This document shows positions 27,801-42,843 of a stretch of DNA of 64,000 bases, piece by piece (the stretch's first letter is position 1; each line of letters starts with the position of its first letter). The position numbers and the translations under genes were made by a program. The stretch is from Catajapyx aquilonaris (lineage: Eukaryota). Below the pieces are notes generated by a model. The model made no database searches and had not been told where the DNA came from. It was given only the letters and a program-made list of their open reading frames with translations. The stretch is taken from assembly GCA_000934665.2 (NCBI GenBank), contig JYFJ02001146.1, forward strand, positions 1-64,000, in the 5' to 3' direction.

Positions 27801-30800
27801 ATACTGTAGCAGTATAGTGCTGCAGAGGAGAGGCGTAAGATATATAGACTTAGTGTCATTTGAATATTTGCATCATCACGTCAAGAGCAGCCACGGGCGC
27901 AGTAGAAAATCGTTCGAGCGTTATATTGTGCTATTCCATCATGTGCGCCACACAGGTCTTCTTTGAGATGCATTCTGACATGGTCTTACAAATATGGTAC
28001 TGTACACATGAAGTGTCATTTGTGCTGAAAAACATAATTTCTCATTTTTCAACTTGAACTATATTACGTGCATATTGACTAACATGTCTAATAATTCATC
28101 TGCAGTGTGTCCCACAAAGTGACATAGCATAAGTTGGATCATATGTATACATGCCTTAGTCTCGGAATGGAAGCAGATATTCCATGTCCAGTTCCCGAGT
28201 AATAATGACGGCCCACTTGTTGCGCTAATTGCGACGCGAATTAATCCCACTGGGAAGGGGGCAGTCCAGATTTATAATTCGCCCTCGTCCATAAAAGTGG
28301 TCCAGCTCCCGCCTTCGCCTTTATTACGAGTCCATGTCATGAATTGTTGCACTAAAACGACAGGTGGGCCTGTTGACACACCGGGGGTATATATGCCCAG
28401 CGGCCTACACGGCCGTCGCATCTGTCCATGTCGAATTTCAGTAATTAAATTTTGCATTTGCCTGATAAAAGGAAGGTTATGTCGGTCCATAATTAACTGA
28501 CAAGCCAGATAATCCGTCACTGTATTAAATGTTTGAAAACCGACAGGGTTGGAACAGACCAAATTTGCACAGTCCCTATTTTTTTCTACGCAACAACGTT
28601 CACAATCCCAGATCAAAACGTCCTAATTGAATTAATTGAAACGGTGGTAATCCATAAAATCATTACCAGCAAATCCGGTACAACAGATCAATGTTATCGA
28701 CGCCCCCGATCCTCCAGTTCCGGCCTGAATATTCAATAAGTTACACCACACAAGCTCCATCAAGCGTTAATCTTTGTGAAGTACTTCTGCTGTACCAAGC
28801 AAACGTTAAAACGATAAAGCTGAATAATTTAATTAAATTCTCGTGTCTTCTCCGTACAGTACAGTACTGTGAAGGTAATATGTCTGCATGCTCGTGGTGT
28901 TATTGGCTCATCGAATAGTCTTTGTTCGTCGGAATAGCCACATTGCAGTCAATATAACCCTCTCCAAATGCATTGGGCCATATCCTCTTTTCAGCACCAG
29001 TAATCTATATAGGGGGGGATACGGTCACATCACAAACCCAAAAAGCACCCTCCACCATGTGTATCTCTTCTAAACAACTGGGAATCGGAAAATGGACCTT
29101 TTTTGTATTTCAAGTGGTGAGAGTTTGGCCGGTGGGTGCTCAGGGGACCGAATTAAAGTTTCATCGGTCGATGCATCGTTCCGGATCCATTTGCGCAATC
29201 TGATAGCTCAGGGATCGGTTTAATGGGCCAAAATCGAATGTCAAGTGTGGCTACGACGCGGCTTTGATTTACAGTCAATTCCAGGCAGACCCCGGTTTTC
29301 TCCTGCGCTGCATTCCAATTGGTGTCAACACCCAGTGAAATATGAATCTATCTGTGCGACACATAGACAATTCTTAGGATAGAGAGAGAAAAAAAACCGA
29401 TCTCCACCACAGTAAACTCCACAATCTGAATAAACGAGCCAAGTTTGTGTGGGGCTAGAAAATGTTCTTCTCGGCAGTGACTTAGGAGGATCTTCCGTCG
29501 TTGACTGGTGACCTGCTGCCTGATCCCACGTCCAAGATCGATGTTCTTAGACTTCTATCTTCCAAACTTGTGGACTTGAGAATTGGCGGGTGGGCATAAA
29601 AAAAAGAAAATTGAGAGAAGTAAATCCCAACCCTTGATCGAAAGACGCTCTCTCGAAGGATCAGTCTGATGTATCCTAAATGACAACGTCAGACGAATCG
29701 AGATACTGCTGTCATTTTTTTTTCAACATGAATCCAGACATTACATAAAACACGACCACTTTTTTTAACTTCATGGTGATACCAGCCGGTGTATGTGACG
29801 CTGTTTAAAAAGGGCACATCTGCAGGCAGGAGCTTTCATGGGTCTATGAAAGAGCTTGAATGCTCTCATCAAGCAGAGAACGTCAGCCTAAGTTATAAAC
29901 CGAACTTGCCGCAACGCTGCCTGACTTGCACACTTTTGCTAATTACCACCCCTCCTCTCCTGGGCCACCTTATGAAGGAAAAAAACGCTAATATCGTTAA
30001 AACCCGGAGCCTAATGATCCTTCCGATTATTAAGATGCCGTCCCGACCCGCCTTCCTTGCAGTTAATTCCATCCGCTGATGGGTAATCAATTAATTGGGA
30101 TTAATGCTGTGGCAAATTCTGCTCCGTGACACACTCGAGAGTGCAAAAGTACTATAAAATATTAGCAAATTTTTTTGGTGCAAAAATGTTCCGCATAAAT
30201 ATTGCTCAGTTGCAGTAAAAATATTGGCGTTTATCCGGCTTAATCATACGGGACAGAACAGAGCGTAAGTGCAAATTATGGGTGTAGGAATGAGTTTAAT
30301 AGGCTGCGGTAATAAGATTAGAAGGATTTGCAATTTTGCTGCAAACTCCATTACAAAGATGGTGTCCCCAGCCATATCTCTTCAGCCAGAAATTACGTCA
30401 CGGATCCCAGGTTCGGGTGTAGCCCAAATAAAGTTGTAATTGCGTTAATGGACCCCACGGGTTATCTCAATCGAAGCCTAGCGGATTGATGGGTGATTGA
30501 TATGATTGGCCACGGTTCAGGACCTCAATTGCGGTAACGTACGCTGGCTATCATTTGTCTCCCCGGATTGGTCCCCATGAAGGTTCAAGCTTCCCCTTGG
30601 GATGGTCCATGCACCATCATTTTCTTTCCAACCAGCATAATAAAATTTATGCCATACCTGCTGGTCCTATTGTGTCGGATAAAAAGAGAATTACGGCCAA
30701 TTACTAGCATTTCCAGGTCACATTGCAGGCACTATTATCTGGCAGTAACCTATATGAAAAATGCGAGCATATAATCGGAAATTACGACATAGTATTTGCT

Positions 30801-33800
30801 AATTACTTGGGTATAATAACATAATTATGTGGCAACATATTACATCCTAATTTATTAACAAAAATGTATATTCAGAACGGATTACCTCACGTTAAGATAT
30901 TAATGACTCTTTTTGCAGATCTGAATAATGAAGTAATATCGTTAGGCTGAAAGCTGCAAACATTGCTGTAATATTGCAGCCAAGTCGCAACGAGAGAGAC
31001 GGAATGTGTTCCGGAAGGATGCTTGTGACACTCGGCTCAGAAAAGGTGGACTTTGTGCGAAGTTGGCCGCAAGTCAATTAAGGAAAGGGCTTGAATTTGG
31101 TTGACATGAGCATTGCTCGCCTTTTCAGACTGCGCGCCTTTCCGAAACGATATAGGGAGGGGGGAAAAAAGAAATTGCTTTTTGGAAACTTGAGAAACTT
31201 TACTAGACTTTCGCATTGGCGTCACAAGTGGAACAAAAAATTACTGAAGGTGACATAGCGCACAAGTTTCTAGGAAGTCTGGGCTGAATGTGAGTGTAAG
31301 TGTCAAGTTAGGCAGTAGGCCTATAGCAAAAACGGTTAAGTCTGCGATTTTCAGCATTAAAATTTCTATTCTGCAACTACACCTATTTAATGTGAAATGT
31401 GCAAGTGTGTACCCATACTGATACAAAAATTACAGCAGTGATGCCAATAATTATTATCGGACAACCCTCTAGTTACCAAAGGTCATACATAGTATATGTA
31501 AATAATTGCCTATATATACCCAAGTTTACAATATCGACTGGTGTAATCGTGGATTAGCTGTGAAATATTCAAGTTAGGCTTACACATTTGGAATGCCAAT
31601 GACATATCATAAAATTTTTATCATTCAGCGGGGTCAAATACAACCAACGTTATAAATATGTACTATATAGTAGTCTATAGAGTAAGGGTTTTTTGTAACA
31701 ACCTTGGACGCTTGTTATGTTACTAGACATAATAGCGGTGTATATAATATTCGGTCTCTCTAAGCGGCTGTTTGCAACAAACTTGTTTTAAAAAATTACA
31801 CAAATATTTAAAATGAGTGACATGGCTCAGAATATATTGTTACAAACCTAGTTACCCGCCCGGGGAAGTGACATGAAAACTGCATGCTCCTACTTTTAAA
31901 ACATAACTAGATAATCCTACGCGTGTACAATACACTTAAGTACGAATGGCAGAACTGAAATGGCTAGAAAAATTAATACAAATCGAGAATTTATCACAAG
32001 TAGTGCATTATTTACAGCACAAACGCAGTATACGCGTATAAGACATCCATTTAAGAGCTAAAATGCCAATATGTAACAAGGATCGGCACAGTAATTAATC
32101 TCCATATTACTCCATCATCCAACACAGTAATTGATATTGCATGACTCTGAAAATCCGCATTACAAACGATAGATTCTATGAAACCTCGTTTTTTTTATTT
32201 TTATAAAAGCGGTCTGGGAGGGAGTGTTCCCGACACATTAATTATTCCCCTGATGTGGGTCGGAGCTACCTGGAAACAACAATTATTCATCCTGTTCCAC
32301 TGCCTTTGTATCGACCTATGCGATCTGCAGTATGGTGTCACATGTCACTAGCCTATATTCTAGGTTGCGCTGGAAACAATTGAAAACAATTTGCCGCTTC
32401 ATATACGCACTGCAGGCTTCAATGGAGTGCGACCTAATCAAAGGTGCGGGGGTGTGCCTCATAACCATGACCTCTCGTAACAGCGCAACTAATCCATATG
32501 CCATCTGCACTCAATGAAGTCAAGGTAGAATGAAATGTCAGAATTACTATGCAATAAAATCCGGATATGATAATTAGTGTACGGTGCAACCAGAGAACCA
32601 CAGTATTGTATTACTTCCATCTTCATCTTAGTTAAGTAATATCCAGACATCATTATGGTAATCATTATGACAACATACACCAGGGTATAAAATTATACTA
32701 CCAATACACAGAATAACAAGACCCCATTAATATTAAACGAGAGACGCTATCAAAACTATCATAGCATAAATCTAGCCTATCATATAGCCCCTTGGAGTTG
32801 TCATGCATTAACGAGAAAGCTCCGGTGTCACTATACCCCCTCTCTTTCCATTAATTTGTGATGAACATACTGCGAGCGCAATTAGATAGGTATATAAACA
32901 TGGTGCCATGCATATAAAACCCCGTATGTCCGCAAAGTCGCTTAATTATGAAACACGGCGGTTCCATTCATCCCCCGCTTTGAGCGGTTTTTTTTACCCC
33001 GTCTCATCTTGTGTATATGTCGTTCCTAGACTCATGTCACATTTTGCGAACTGGCCAACTGTGCATTTCAACTTGTACAGTCCCCACAACTTTGTCGTTG
33101 GTTAGTACCCTTTAAGCAGGTGGTGCCTGCTCGACTATAAAGTGCAGCCGTTTGTTTTATGATTAGACTTGCAAAGAGTTTGGGTATGCCCAGTTCCCGA
33201 TTTGACGATTCCCTTAGTGAAGCCCCACAACCACTTTGCGAACGATAATTGCCCCGTAAACTCAAATCTCCCACCTCAGCATCCACTTTCGTGAAGCCAT
33301 TTTTTGGCCTCATTTCCTCCAATAGAACTTCCTCTCCCCCAAAATCTGGCGTAACTCGTCCAGACTATATATGGGCTTCAGGCAATCAAAACCGTTGTCC
33401 GTCCAACTCTGGGTTGGAGTTGCTTCATTTCCTCTCCAATGTTATTCCATTATGAAGCTTTTCGCATAGTTTGGAGGCTCGAAACACGAAAATCAAGTTC
33501 GGAGGGTTCAAAATATTAATAAGTGTTTTTGTGGAAATTGTGATGTATTTTTTTTGTTTACAATATCGGTTAAAGTTCTGCTGCAATGCTTTAAATTATT
33601 CGTGCAAACTTACATCGTATATCACTTTAGATGAATTATGTCCGCCGTTTTTAGTACTGTTTCGGGGCTTTTAGGTTCTCTGGCTCTTGGATTTTTTTTT
33701 CTGTTTCAATTAAGGGCCGCAACGTAATTCCTATTTATGCCGAGCGTTAATGAGCGGAAGGGCTGCTTATTACCTCCAATTTTCCAAGGTGAGACCTTAC

Positions 33801-36800
33801 GTTTCCATCTCCTACCTAGCTCTGCTTATTTGGACTGAACCACTGACCTTTTAAAAATAATAATAATAGCCTATAATATATTATTGTTGCAACCTGTCGG
33901 TTCCAACCCTATATTTTTTGTGAAGAGGGTACAGGGAGAGTCCTCAAATTCCATGAAGATAAATCGAAAGGCCATAAATCGCTGCTGGAAAATCCCACTT
34001 GGAGTGTTTTCCCAATTCCTAGTTTAGCCTCCAGGAATTTCCAAACCCTTTTTCCCTTCCTGGTTCTACGTAGCACCCACACAAAAAAAATAGAAAAAAA
34101 TAGTATGATTGTTCTGGAGTAGCTGGAGGACTATCTGGTGAAGCGAGGGATGTGCCAGGAGCGTCTGTTCCTCTCGCTTTTCCAAACCAATCCTCATCAT
34201 CCGTTTGTTCTTCGATTCCACCTATGATGATTTATGGACCAGACATTGGTTTTTTTTCTCACCATTTTCCTCTCTATGGGTTCCTTCGCCCCATGCAACC
34301 CTCTCCTATTTTCCAGGGGCTTCCATCGATTTTGGAAGCTAAAAGGAAAGGGCTAAAAGGAAGGAAACCTTGCCTTGCTGACCTTCGAGTCACCCAGGAT
34401 TGTGTTTCTCAGAGAGATGGAGCGAAAAGGTCCCACTTCACCCATCACGGACTTTACTTTCAGCTTTCATACGTTATTCAATGTTACGTCGCCTAAAAAA
34501 GAGTGGGATTCGGCAGATGGTACCTGCTGGTGATAATGGACATCAATTATTTGCTGGAGCTACCATACCGATTTTTTCTCTCTCTGATAGAACCGGATTT
34601 GAATTCCGCAAAAAAAGGCGCATTGAAAGGGGTAGATGGAAGTCCGGATATGCCGCATAATGATCATGACCGATAAATCAGGCGAACCGGCGAGTCACCC
34701 CTAGAGAAAACTGCATTTGCTATTCGGATAACTGAATAGACGTTGATGCATGGTATTCACAGGCGCATAGTAATAGTGCAAAAAATATTTTTTTTAAAGT
34801 CAAAGTACGAGCTGATTCAAAGTTAGTAGCTGCACGATGTCATAAAAAGCGTGAAACTGTGGGGAGCTCATTCAAACTGGCCAATTATTTGGAGAGAGTC
34901 ATTTACAGTAGGTCAGCGAGTACAGTGGGTCAGGTTCTTGCCCAACACGGGTAACCAGAGTAGCATTGATTGTGCGAGTGAATTATCTGCCTTAATCTAA
35001 TTGACTGGCGGAGTCGACCAGATTGATCCACGAGTTCATTCAAGCCTTGTCGCGCTTTGTTAGGTAAAATATGTATACTATTCGTAATGTTGCGACAAAC
35101 CGAACTTTTTTACCATTTTGAATATACTGTATACTGTGCAGTGTGAAATATCAGCCTGTGTTTTAGTGTAAAATGTCATGACATAGCGCTTATCGACATT
35201 TTTTTTTTGAAAAATAATATTCAAAGGGTTCGTTTGCAGGGGTGCTTATAGATATTAAATATCACACGAGTATGTTTGTTATCATCGACTTTTTCACGAT
35301 GTTGACATACATAATAGTCCAAACTAGACTTATTGCAAACTATCACGAGACTCTAATTAATACCTTTAATGTTTCTTAATGATTGCAAAATTCCATTGAA
35401 ATCACCACATTTCTTGATTCCTTTGTCAAGAGCGCCATGGATCAACTCACATAATAGGCATAGCTTGAAGCAAGCGAAGTACTTAAGCCCACATCAAAGG
35501 TTCGTCAATATCTAGGCAAACCCATTACTTTAGAAAGCAATAGCTCGTTTGGGAAACGTGTTCACGACTCTCAAATACGTACAATACGCAGTGTGAAGAA
35601 CTCGACTTATTCATTCGTCCAACCCCCTTTCTCTCCACTCGGGCTGAGCTGAGCGATATGCCATAAAACCGGGCTTTAATCATGTTCTGCGTCCCCTGCA
35701 GTTAAGTCTATTAAACAAGCAAAGTTGGGGAGCTCAACTTCCCCAAGTCAAGTTAATAAGGAGAACACAATCTCTCTCCAACCGCGACTAATTGACTCGT
35801 GTTCAATGAGAAGGGCCAACGTGAGGTGAATTCCGTTCGCAAGGTTGCCTATCAGTATAGGAGAGGCTGGAACAAAAAAAAAGACATTGCAAGGCTGCCA
35901 GAGGACTGTAAGGACCTTGTCACACTCACTCAACCTTTGCCATTTACAGGCACGCTATAGAGTAACTCTTTGCCAGCTTGTCTGCTTTCATTCACCGACC
36001 GAAGGAGAGAGAAAAAAACCAGCCCCTTGGCGTCCTCAAAAACCGCTGAAAAAGGTCACCTCATAAGGCAAGTCTCCAGAGCAAAGGCTCCGGAAAATTG
36101 TGCCATTAGATGTTTCATATCAGGTTGTTCAGCCCATGTTTTTTCTTATACACTCGCAATTTTTTGACGTTTTACGTGTAACTGGATATGACATCAACTA
36201 GACCACTTAACTATACTGTTGAACCTGCCAACTGCAGCGTAATATAACCTTTGCTGATAAAGTTTCGACTACGTCAGAGGTTTGAAATGTTTCCCATCCA
36301 CTGGTGCACACTTGGCTTAACACCAATTCATTACAGTAGTACCCACACGGGTATATTACAATTTTGATGCATATCGAATGATAATGAATCCATGAATATT
36401 ATAACACATTCTCATTTTTTTTTCTACACATGCACCTATGAAGCTACGTTTCACGCTGCATTCGCAGAATTTTTGCATAAAATTCGAACTAAGTACCATT
36501 CCCCTCATACTGCATTATTGCTTCTACAGGCCTGATGCGATGCATGCATAAGTGCAGAGAGAGTGGTGGGAATTTTGTTCTTGCCCACTAAAATGCCAGC
36601 ATTAAGCACCCCGCAATACAAAAGAGGTGCGCAGGCTTAGTTCCCTCCTGGGATAAATGGCCACTCAAGCTCCTTCACTTGACCTACAACTACGCTGGAT
36701 ACGATCTATATATCTCTTTTCATAATATGACCATCAGGCGACGAAACCTATTCCGGCTGAACCGCGCATATAACTCACACAGAGAGAGAATATGGAAAAA

Positions 36801-39800
36801 AGGGTGGACCTACCACAAAAAAACAGGACCCAAGTGCACTAATGCCAAAACAAAGTTAAGCCCAAAGTCGTCCTTCCTCTGTCCTCAATATGTCACACTG
36901 CTCTTGTCGCCTGCCGATGCCTTTTAAAATGCAACGAAACTTTTCATTACAGTGCTGCTGGCTTGGAACAATTTTTTACCCCTTCTTCAGGAGTGAAAGG
37001 AAAGCACATTTTAACACCGGATGGGCTCCTACCTGCCTCTGACATGAAAATAGTTCAGGACAACACATTACTGGGCAAGCAACGCCAATGGAAGAGCTCC
37101 ATCTCTCCAAGCTTCGATTGCTCACTCGGCAAGCCTTCATCCCGAGATCACTCTTGCTGGCCCTTCTTTGTAAATAGGTGATCAATAAGTGTCAGATGTA
37201 AAGAGGATGGAAAAGCAGGCCCATCTCTTCCTCCGACAAAGCGGTTTGGTGACAAAATTGAGGCATATTTTCTAGCCCGCTTCGGATTCGAAAATGTGGT
37301 AGGGAAATACCCTTGGAAATATACAGTGTGTTCCATAATAACAGAGTTTGTATCCATATATGCCTAGCGTCCTATATATAGGACACTATTTTACGTAGCT
37401 CATAAAAAGAGTTTAACAATAATTTACAAAAAAAATCATTGCGGAACATCCTGTATACTGAATAGCGTAAAAAAAACCCTGATGACATGGTGCAATTCGC
37501 GGATGCAAAAATATCAAGCACGTCTGAGCCGATAATTGCTGGTTGATCCATTTAGGCTCCGGGACTATCAACATGAAAAGGCAATATTTGGGAATCGATA
37601 CAGCCTGTGACAGCCCTTATAACATTGATCTCCTATATACCGCCTTTAAAAAAAAAACTCTTGTAAAGCACCTCCAACTTCTTCCTGCGACACAAACTGC
37701 AACTCGACTGCTGTTCCAAGTGTGTCATAACTCACATTTTTAACGGCGGTCGAAAAGAGCCGTCGAGACATTTCTTTCTTGACGAATACTATGCAGCTAT
37801 GGGCATCAATTCCATCTGGTTCGAAAACTTTTATTCTTCGCAAGCAAGGACCGCTTTTCTCGCTTCTCTTCTTTTTTTTTATACTTCTTCTGCCGTTATT
37901 TCTTTCTCGTGTTCCCTGCCGGCCACAAGTAATCAGATCCCCAAAGTCCGTCTGGTCCAGCCTTTGGCTAGCTTTTCGACGGGACAGATAATGGAGATAT
38001 ATGTCCCGGACGCTGAGAAGGACTTGTTAGTGTCCGGAGAAATATTGGAAAACATCGTTCTGGCTGCTTAGACTTGACGTGAATCCGGGGCCTGGAACCA
38101 TCACATTTAACCGTTTACTGCTAAATCTCTAAGATATTGAAAAAGCATTTTCAGAAGTGGCCAAAAAAATAAGGGATGATCCAACCAAGGACAGGCCTGT
38201 CCACACGCTATTGTGAAATGTTGCCAAAAGGTGCTGGACGATATAGGCGAAAAGTAATTTCAGCGTGTGATCCCTTTTTCATGATCGTGAAATCGGCCAA
38301 GTAATTAGTATGCCGAATGTGCAGTACTCACATATTCCATTACGTTAACAAATGGAGCGTAAATTGCACCCTGTCCATTAGCTTTCTCGACCTTGGCCTT
38401 CACCTAATATTGTCCCATCATTCATGCTCCCCGCGAGACATGATTTGCACAACCAAGCAAACAGTGGCACAATTTTGTTTATTTAAAGCAAGACAAACGC
38501 AATGCAAACAGCGGGTGGTCTGCAGGGTAGACGAAGCACAAGACGCGAGTCATCATGAGCACACAATGACGCACCTGCTGGACCGCTTTTGACAACAAGC
38601 AGCTAGCATGAACCGGAGATGGTTTTGGCTCCGTCTGCTGTATATGACTGTCTCTAGTGCGTAAAGTTTTGCCAGTTAATCTCATCATGTCACCACCAGC
38701 AGGCCCGCGGATATTGAAATTCCATGGGAGGGAAACTTAGACCCTTGCCATCCTTTCTGGTCTGCCTCGTGTTTGTCTCAAGTTGGCTCTCAGGCACGCA
38801 CCACAGGCCCTGTCAGAATTCGTTATTTCTCCACGGGACTACAGAGAACATTCAGTGTTGGAAAATTCTCTCGTCTGATCCTCCAGATATAGGGTATTGT
38901 TTTGATCACTGAGAAGAGAATACCTGGAGTGTGATTTACACACTAGACATACCGGTACTTGCTATGGAGCTTGTATTGTTTTCCACTAAAACCTTTCGAA
39001 ATTAATTTATTACTTTAGTGATTAATTGCCAATCTGCACAAAAACACTTTGAGTTAAGATTCTCAAATGAACCATTTTGTATTACTTGGACATTGCCCAA
39101 TTTTATTTGACGATACTCTCCGTACTATACTGTAATGCAATCTCAGAAACATATTAAAATCATGAACTATCCAATTCAGCCCTACTGTCATAAATATAAA
39201 TGAGGCTGTAATAATATTTGAACTAGCCAATACCGGTACTACTAACTTTTGGGCCTTGCGGCGTTATATTACCTGAATATTGTTGGGATTTTGCAATACT
39301 TTCAAAAAGTCGAGTCTGTGGTGTAGCCCTTTAAATCGCATTGGAACTTGAAGAAACGCAGCTTTAGTAATGTGTAGTATTTTCTGTTTGGCACAGTGAC
39401 GATTTATAAGAGAGATAAGGTACATTATTATCAGCCGACTTGGATAAAGACCGTGATATAGACTCTTAACTGGCACTTTTTTAGACAAATTTATTCCTCT
39501 AAGTCCTATTATCCTACCCAGCACACATACACACATTAATCTGATTTATTTTTTATGCATAATGATATGCATAAAAAATAAATCAGTGTTTGTTGAACAT
39601 GCCGAAACATCAATGCCAAAACTACAACGTCCAGGCGAGTCTCTTTTAAACTCAAAAAGGCAGGCCCTTTGCAAAATAAAGCAAAAACATCTTTCATTCC
39701 TTTGGAAGCGTATAATTGGTGTACTTTCGAGCATCCCATTATTATTACACGCGATGGTGAGGTGCAATATTTACCCTATGGGCATGCCACACAGAATATT

Positions 39801-41464
39801 TTAAAAAATCCAAAAATACCTCAACATGGGTGTAGGTACTAAGTTATTGAACTCCCTAGACAACAATATACAGTCCTCCAAACATAAAACTATTGTACAC
39901 AACCTGACGACATAAAAATAGCATACCAGGTGCCCCCTCGACAACTTAAACGTGGATTTCTACCGTTGATTGGAACCGGTGAAACATGATTATTTCCTAC
40001 CTCCCTAGAAATTGATTCAATTACAGTCCAACTTGGCTTTTTTTCTCTCTCTCCCCCCCACCCTTCCTCTCCTTCCTGCAGCCCAAACAATTTCAGCAGG
40101 AAGTAATACTTTTGAAGAGATCGCAAGCTGGCTCGGAAATGAACACAATGTCCGAGAGAGGAAGCTGGTCCGGTTAATCCAAACGGCACACACATCTGCC
40201 GCCAGACCTGCTAGATTGGAGCTGTACCGAAATCTCCTATTTTTTTCTCTCTCTTTCCTAACACCACTTCGGAACCGACGCTTCCACCCAGTGGCATGTA
40301 AACATGCACAAAATACTCCAAATCTGGCTCCACGGTAAAGTTGGGGACGTGAACGAGATAAGCAGCACATTCAAATTCTGATAAGGGAACCCGAATTCAG
40401 CCCAACTTCCATGGCACTACCGTTCCTTAAAAAAATAAAAAAAATAAAGAAAAACGAGGAAAAAGGAAAAGGTTGTAACCACTTTGCCTGCTCGGCACCC
40501 AGAGAACCCAGCAGCCAACACTGGAGCAGGATGGGAAAACAGAGCACAGGTCTGGAGGAAAATAGATTCTCCTCACTTTACTCAGGCCTCCAGCTGGAAG
40601 GGAGATAAGTCCCATAAGAAAGCATTGGCAAGCCTCAAACTTTATTACCCAGGACCTCCCTAAAACTAATTAAATTCATACCAGGCGAAAGCAAATCACT
40701 CGGTTGGGGTGACCATAGCTTATATTTTAATATAAGTTTTGATCTTGAATTAATCAAGATATAAAAGCGAGCTTAAATGTGAAGTAGTTGAATGGAATAG
40801 GTTGATTAAAGCAGGACTGTTTCATAGGAGCGGAAAGCTTTTGATTATAGGCTTGTGATGGGATTATTTTTCACCTGCAGTACGTACAGTGTTGCACACA
40901 TTAGACTCAAAAAACTGTTCGTACTTTGATATTCATATTCAGTCTATATCACACGTGGGCTGTACCTGACATGGTAAAAAAAGTTTGCCATTGAGTAATG
41001 TATAGCCCGTGGTACAAGTATATACACTGCATGATCTAGATATAATTTTGGTTAAAAAATACAACCCCGTATATTAATGTTTTAAAATAAATGGTCCAAT
41101 TAAGGGTATTACACTTCAAACCCTCATCTGAAAACCAGTCATTACTACGAATATAGCTATGAATTTCAGGTCTTTATAATATTATGAGAAATAAATGGAT
41201 AATATCCTGACTTTATGCAACCATCAATACTCTACCATGTCAAAGAGATCCCTCTACTTGCTCAAGCGGTAATGGTTGTAAAGCTGCAGGACACAATTGT
41301 CCCCAAACTTTTTTGATAGCATGATGTCAAATTACCCATTTATTCCCACAGTTTGAGATTAGTTGTTTTTAGAGTGTGCACAAATGGACCAATTCAGAAG
41401 CTCCTAGCCATTAACTACTAACGAAATCTATTTTTGCTCCTTGTGATTCTTTTTTTCCCCCCAG

Positions 41465-41644
41465 CCCGATCCACTCTCTGGGTCGTCCGTCCTGGCCACC
41501 ATTATGTAATTGCAAGATACAGGATTTTCTTCAGTCCGGATTTGATTTTGTGAGCCGAGGGGCCAAAAGTCCTCTCTCTCATCAAGTGGCGCGCCAATGA
41601 CAAATCCGGTGCCAACTTCCTCCCGGATTAACGGAGCAAATCAG
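41465..41644 (+). other. Strong candidate 180-nt exon (non-coding, or 5'UTR plus start MTNPVPTSSRINGANQ)
   Basis: Perfect branch point TACTAAC at 41416-41422, long pyrimidine tract, CAG| acceptor and perfect donor CAG|GTAAGT at 41645. Stops in all three frames. Confidence 0.6.
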
Positions 41645-42843
41645 GTAAGTCGCCTCCCTCGACTCCTATTCCTATAGCCAATTTAAGACTTCGCTAATAG
41701 CTGGCGGGGATTCTCCCTAGTGCTCCGGATTAAAAACTAGGGACGGGGGATACTAGAAAATGCTTCTCCATTTCGCAAACCATAGCCGGATTTTGCAAAG
41801 CAGATTAGTATGGTGAACTTTTACTTTGTTGGTGGATGTAGTGGTGGGACGCATACAAATTGTAGATGGGATCAGTGCTTTTGATTTGACCTAAAGAGTA
41901 CGGGGTGACGTCACAGTGGGGAAAAACCGTGCTGGCTCATCAACGATTAGTATTTCCTAGAAACTTGTCCGGGGCCTCCTCCATCCATTAGCCAAATGGA
42001 TCCACCTCTAAAACTTGGAATTATATAGGTACTGTGACGGAAGAGAAAGTTGGAAGCTGGTTGTCAGCTAAGTGCTTTTCTACTGTTGTGAATTGGGGAT
42101 GAATCTTCCACGATCGGTGTGGGTTTGATAATATATCGTGATCCAATGGTATGTAATGTACTATACAATCACTCGAACTTTCAACAGTAAAAGCTAAAAT
42201 AGGTTGGAAGCCACTTGGCACAGTAATACTGTAAGGAGTTGCCTGTCTTCAGTCCACAAGACGACCGCAGGCTGAGTGGAATCTTCCCAGTGCAAAATGG
42301 GTCGTCTACAGTGCTCTCTTGATCATAAAATAAACTTTGGGTGGTGTTAGGCAGTCACGAGATAGGGCCATTTATGTCAAATCAGGACCGTCCTGACCAC
42401 TTCAGTTTCCAGACATTTCCACAATCAAAGTTGAATATCTTGAACTTGCAGAAGTTCCAGCTTCTGGGCTAGTTAAAAGGAGTGCTGCCTAAAGAGTCTT
42501 CCAGGACACAAATTGAACTTACATAAGTTAGCTGAGATTAATTCAGTCTGATGAGTGTCGGTGTTACAGTTATGAATATTCAGGTGGACTATTATGTCTT
42601 TTGATCTAACAAAGGAAGGGATAATTGTTGTTTTGAGAGAACAAGATTCTCCGCAAACTTTGTTCTGTGGGATGCACAGGGTGTTCCGAGTGAAATTCCA
42701 TTAGTGGTTAAAATTTTGACATTATAAAACACAGGTATTATGTACAGTACAGTAAAATATTAAAATATTATACTAAATAGCAAATTCGGGAGGCTTCCTC
42801 TCATCAGTTTTCTTTCATTTCCATTACATCATATTAAAATGTC

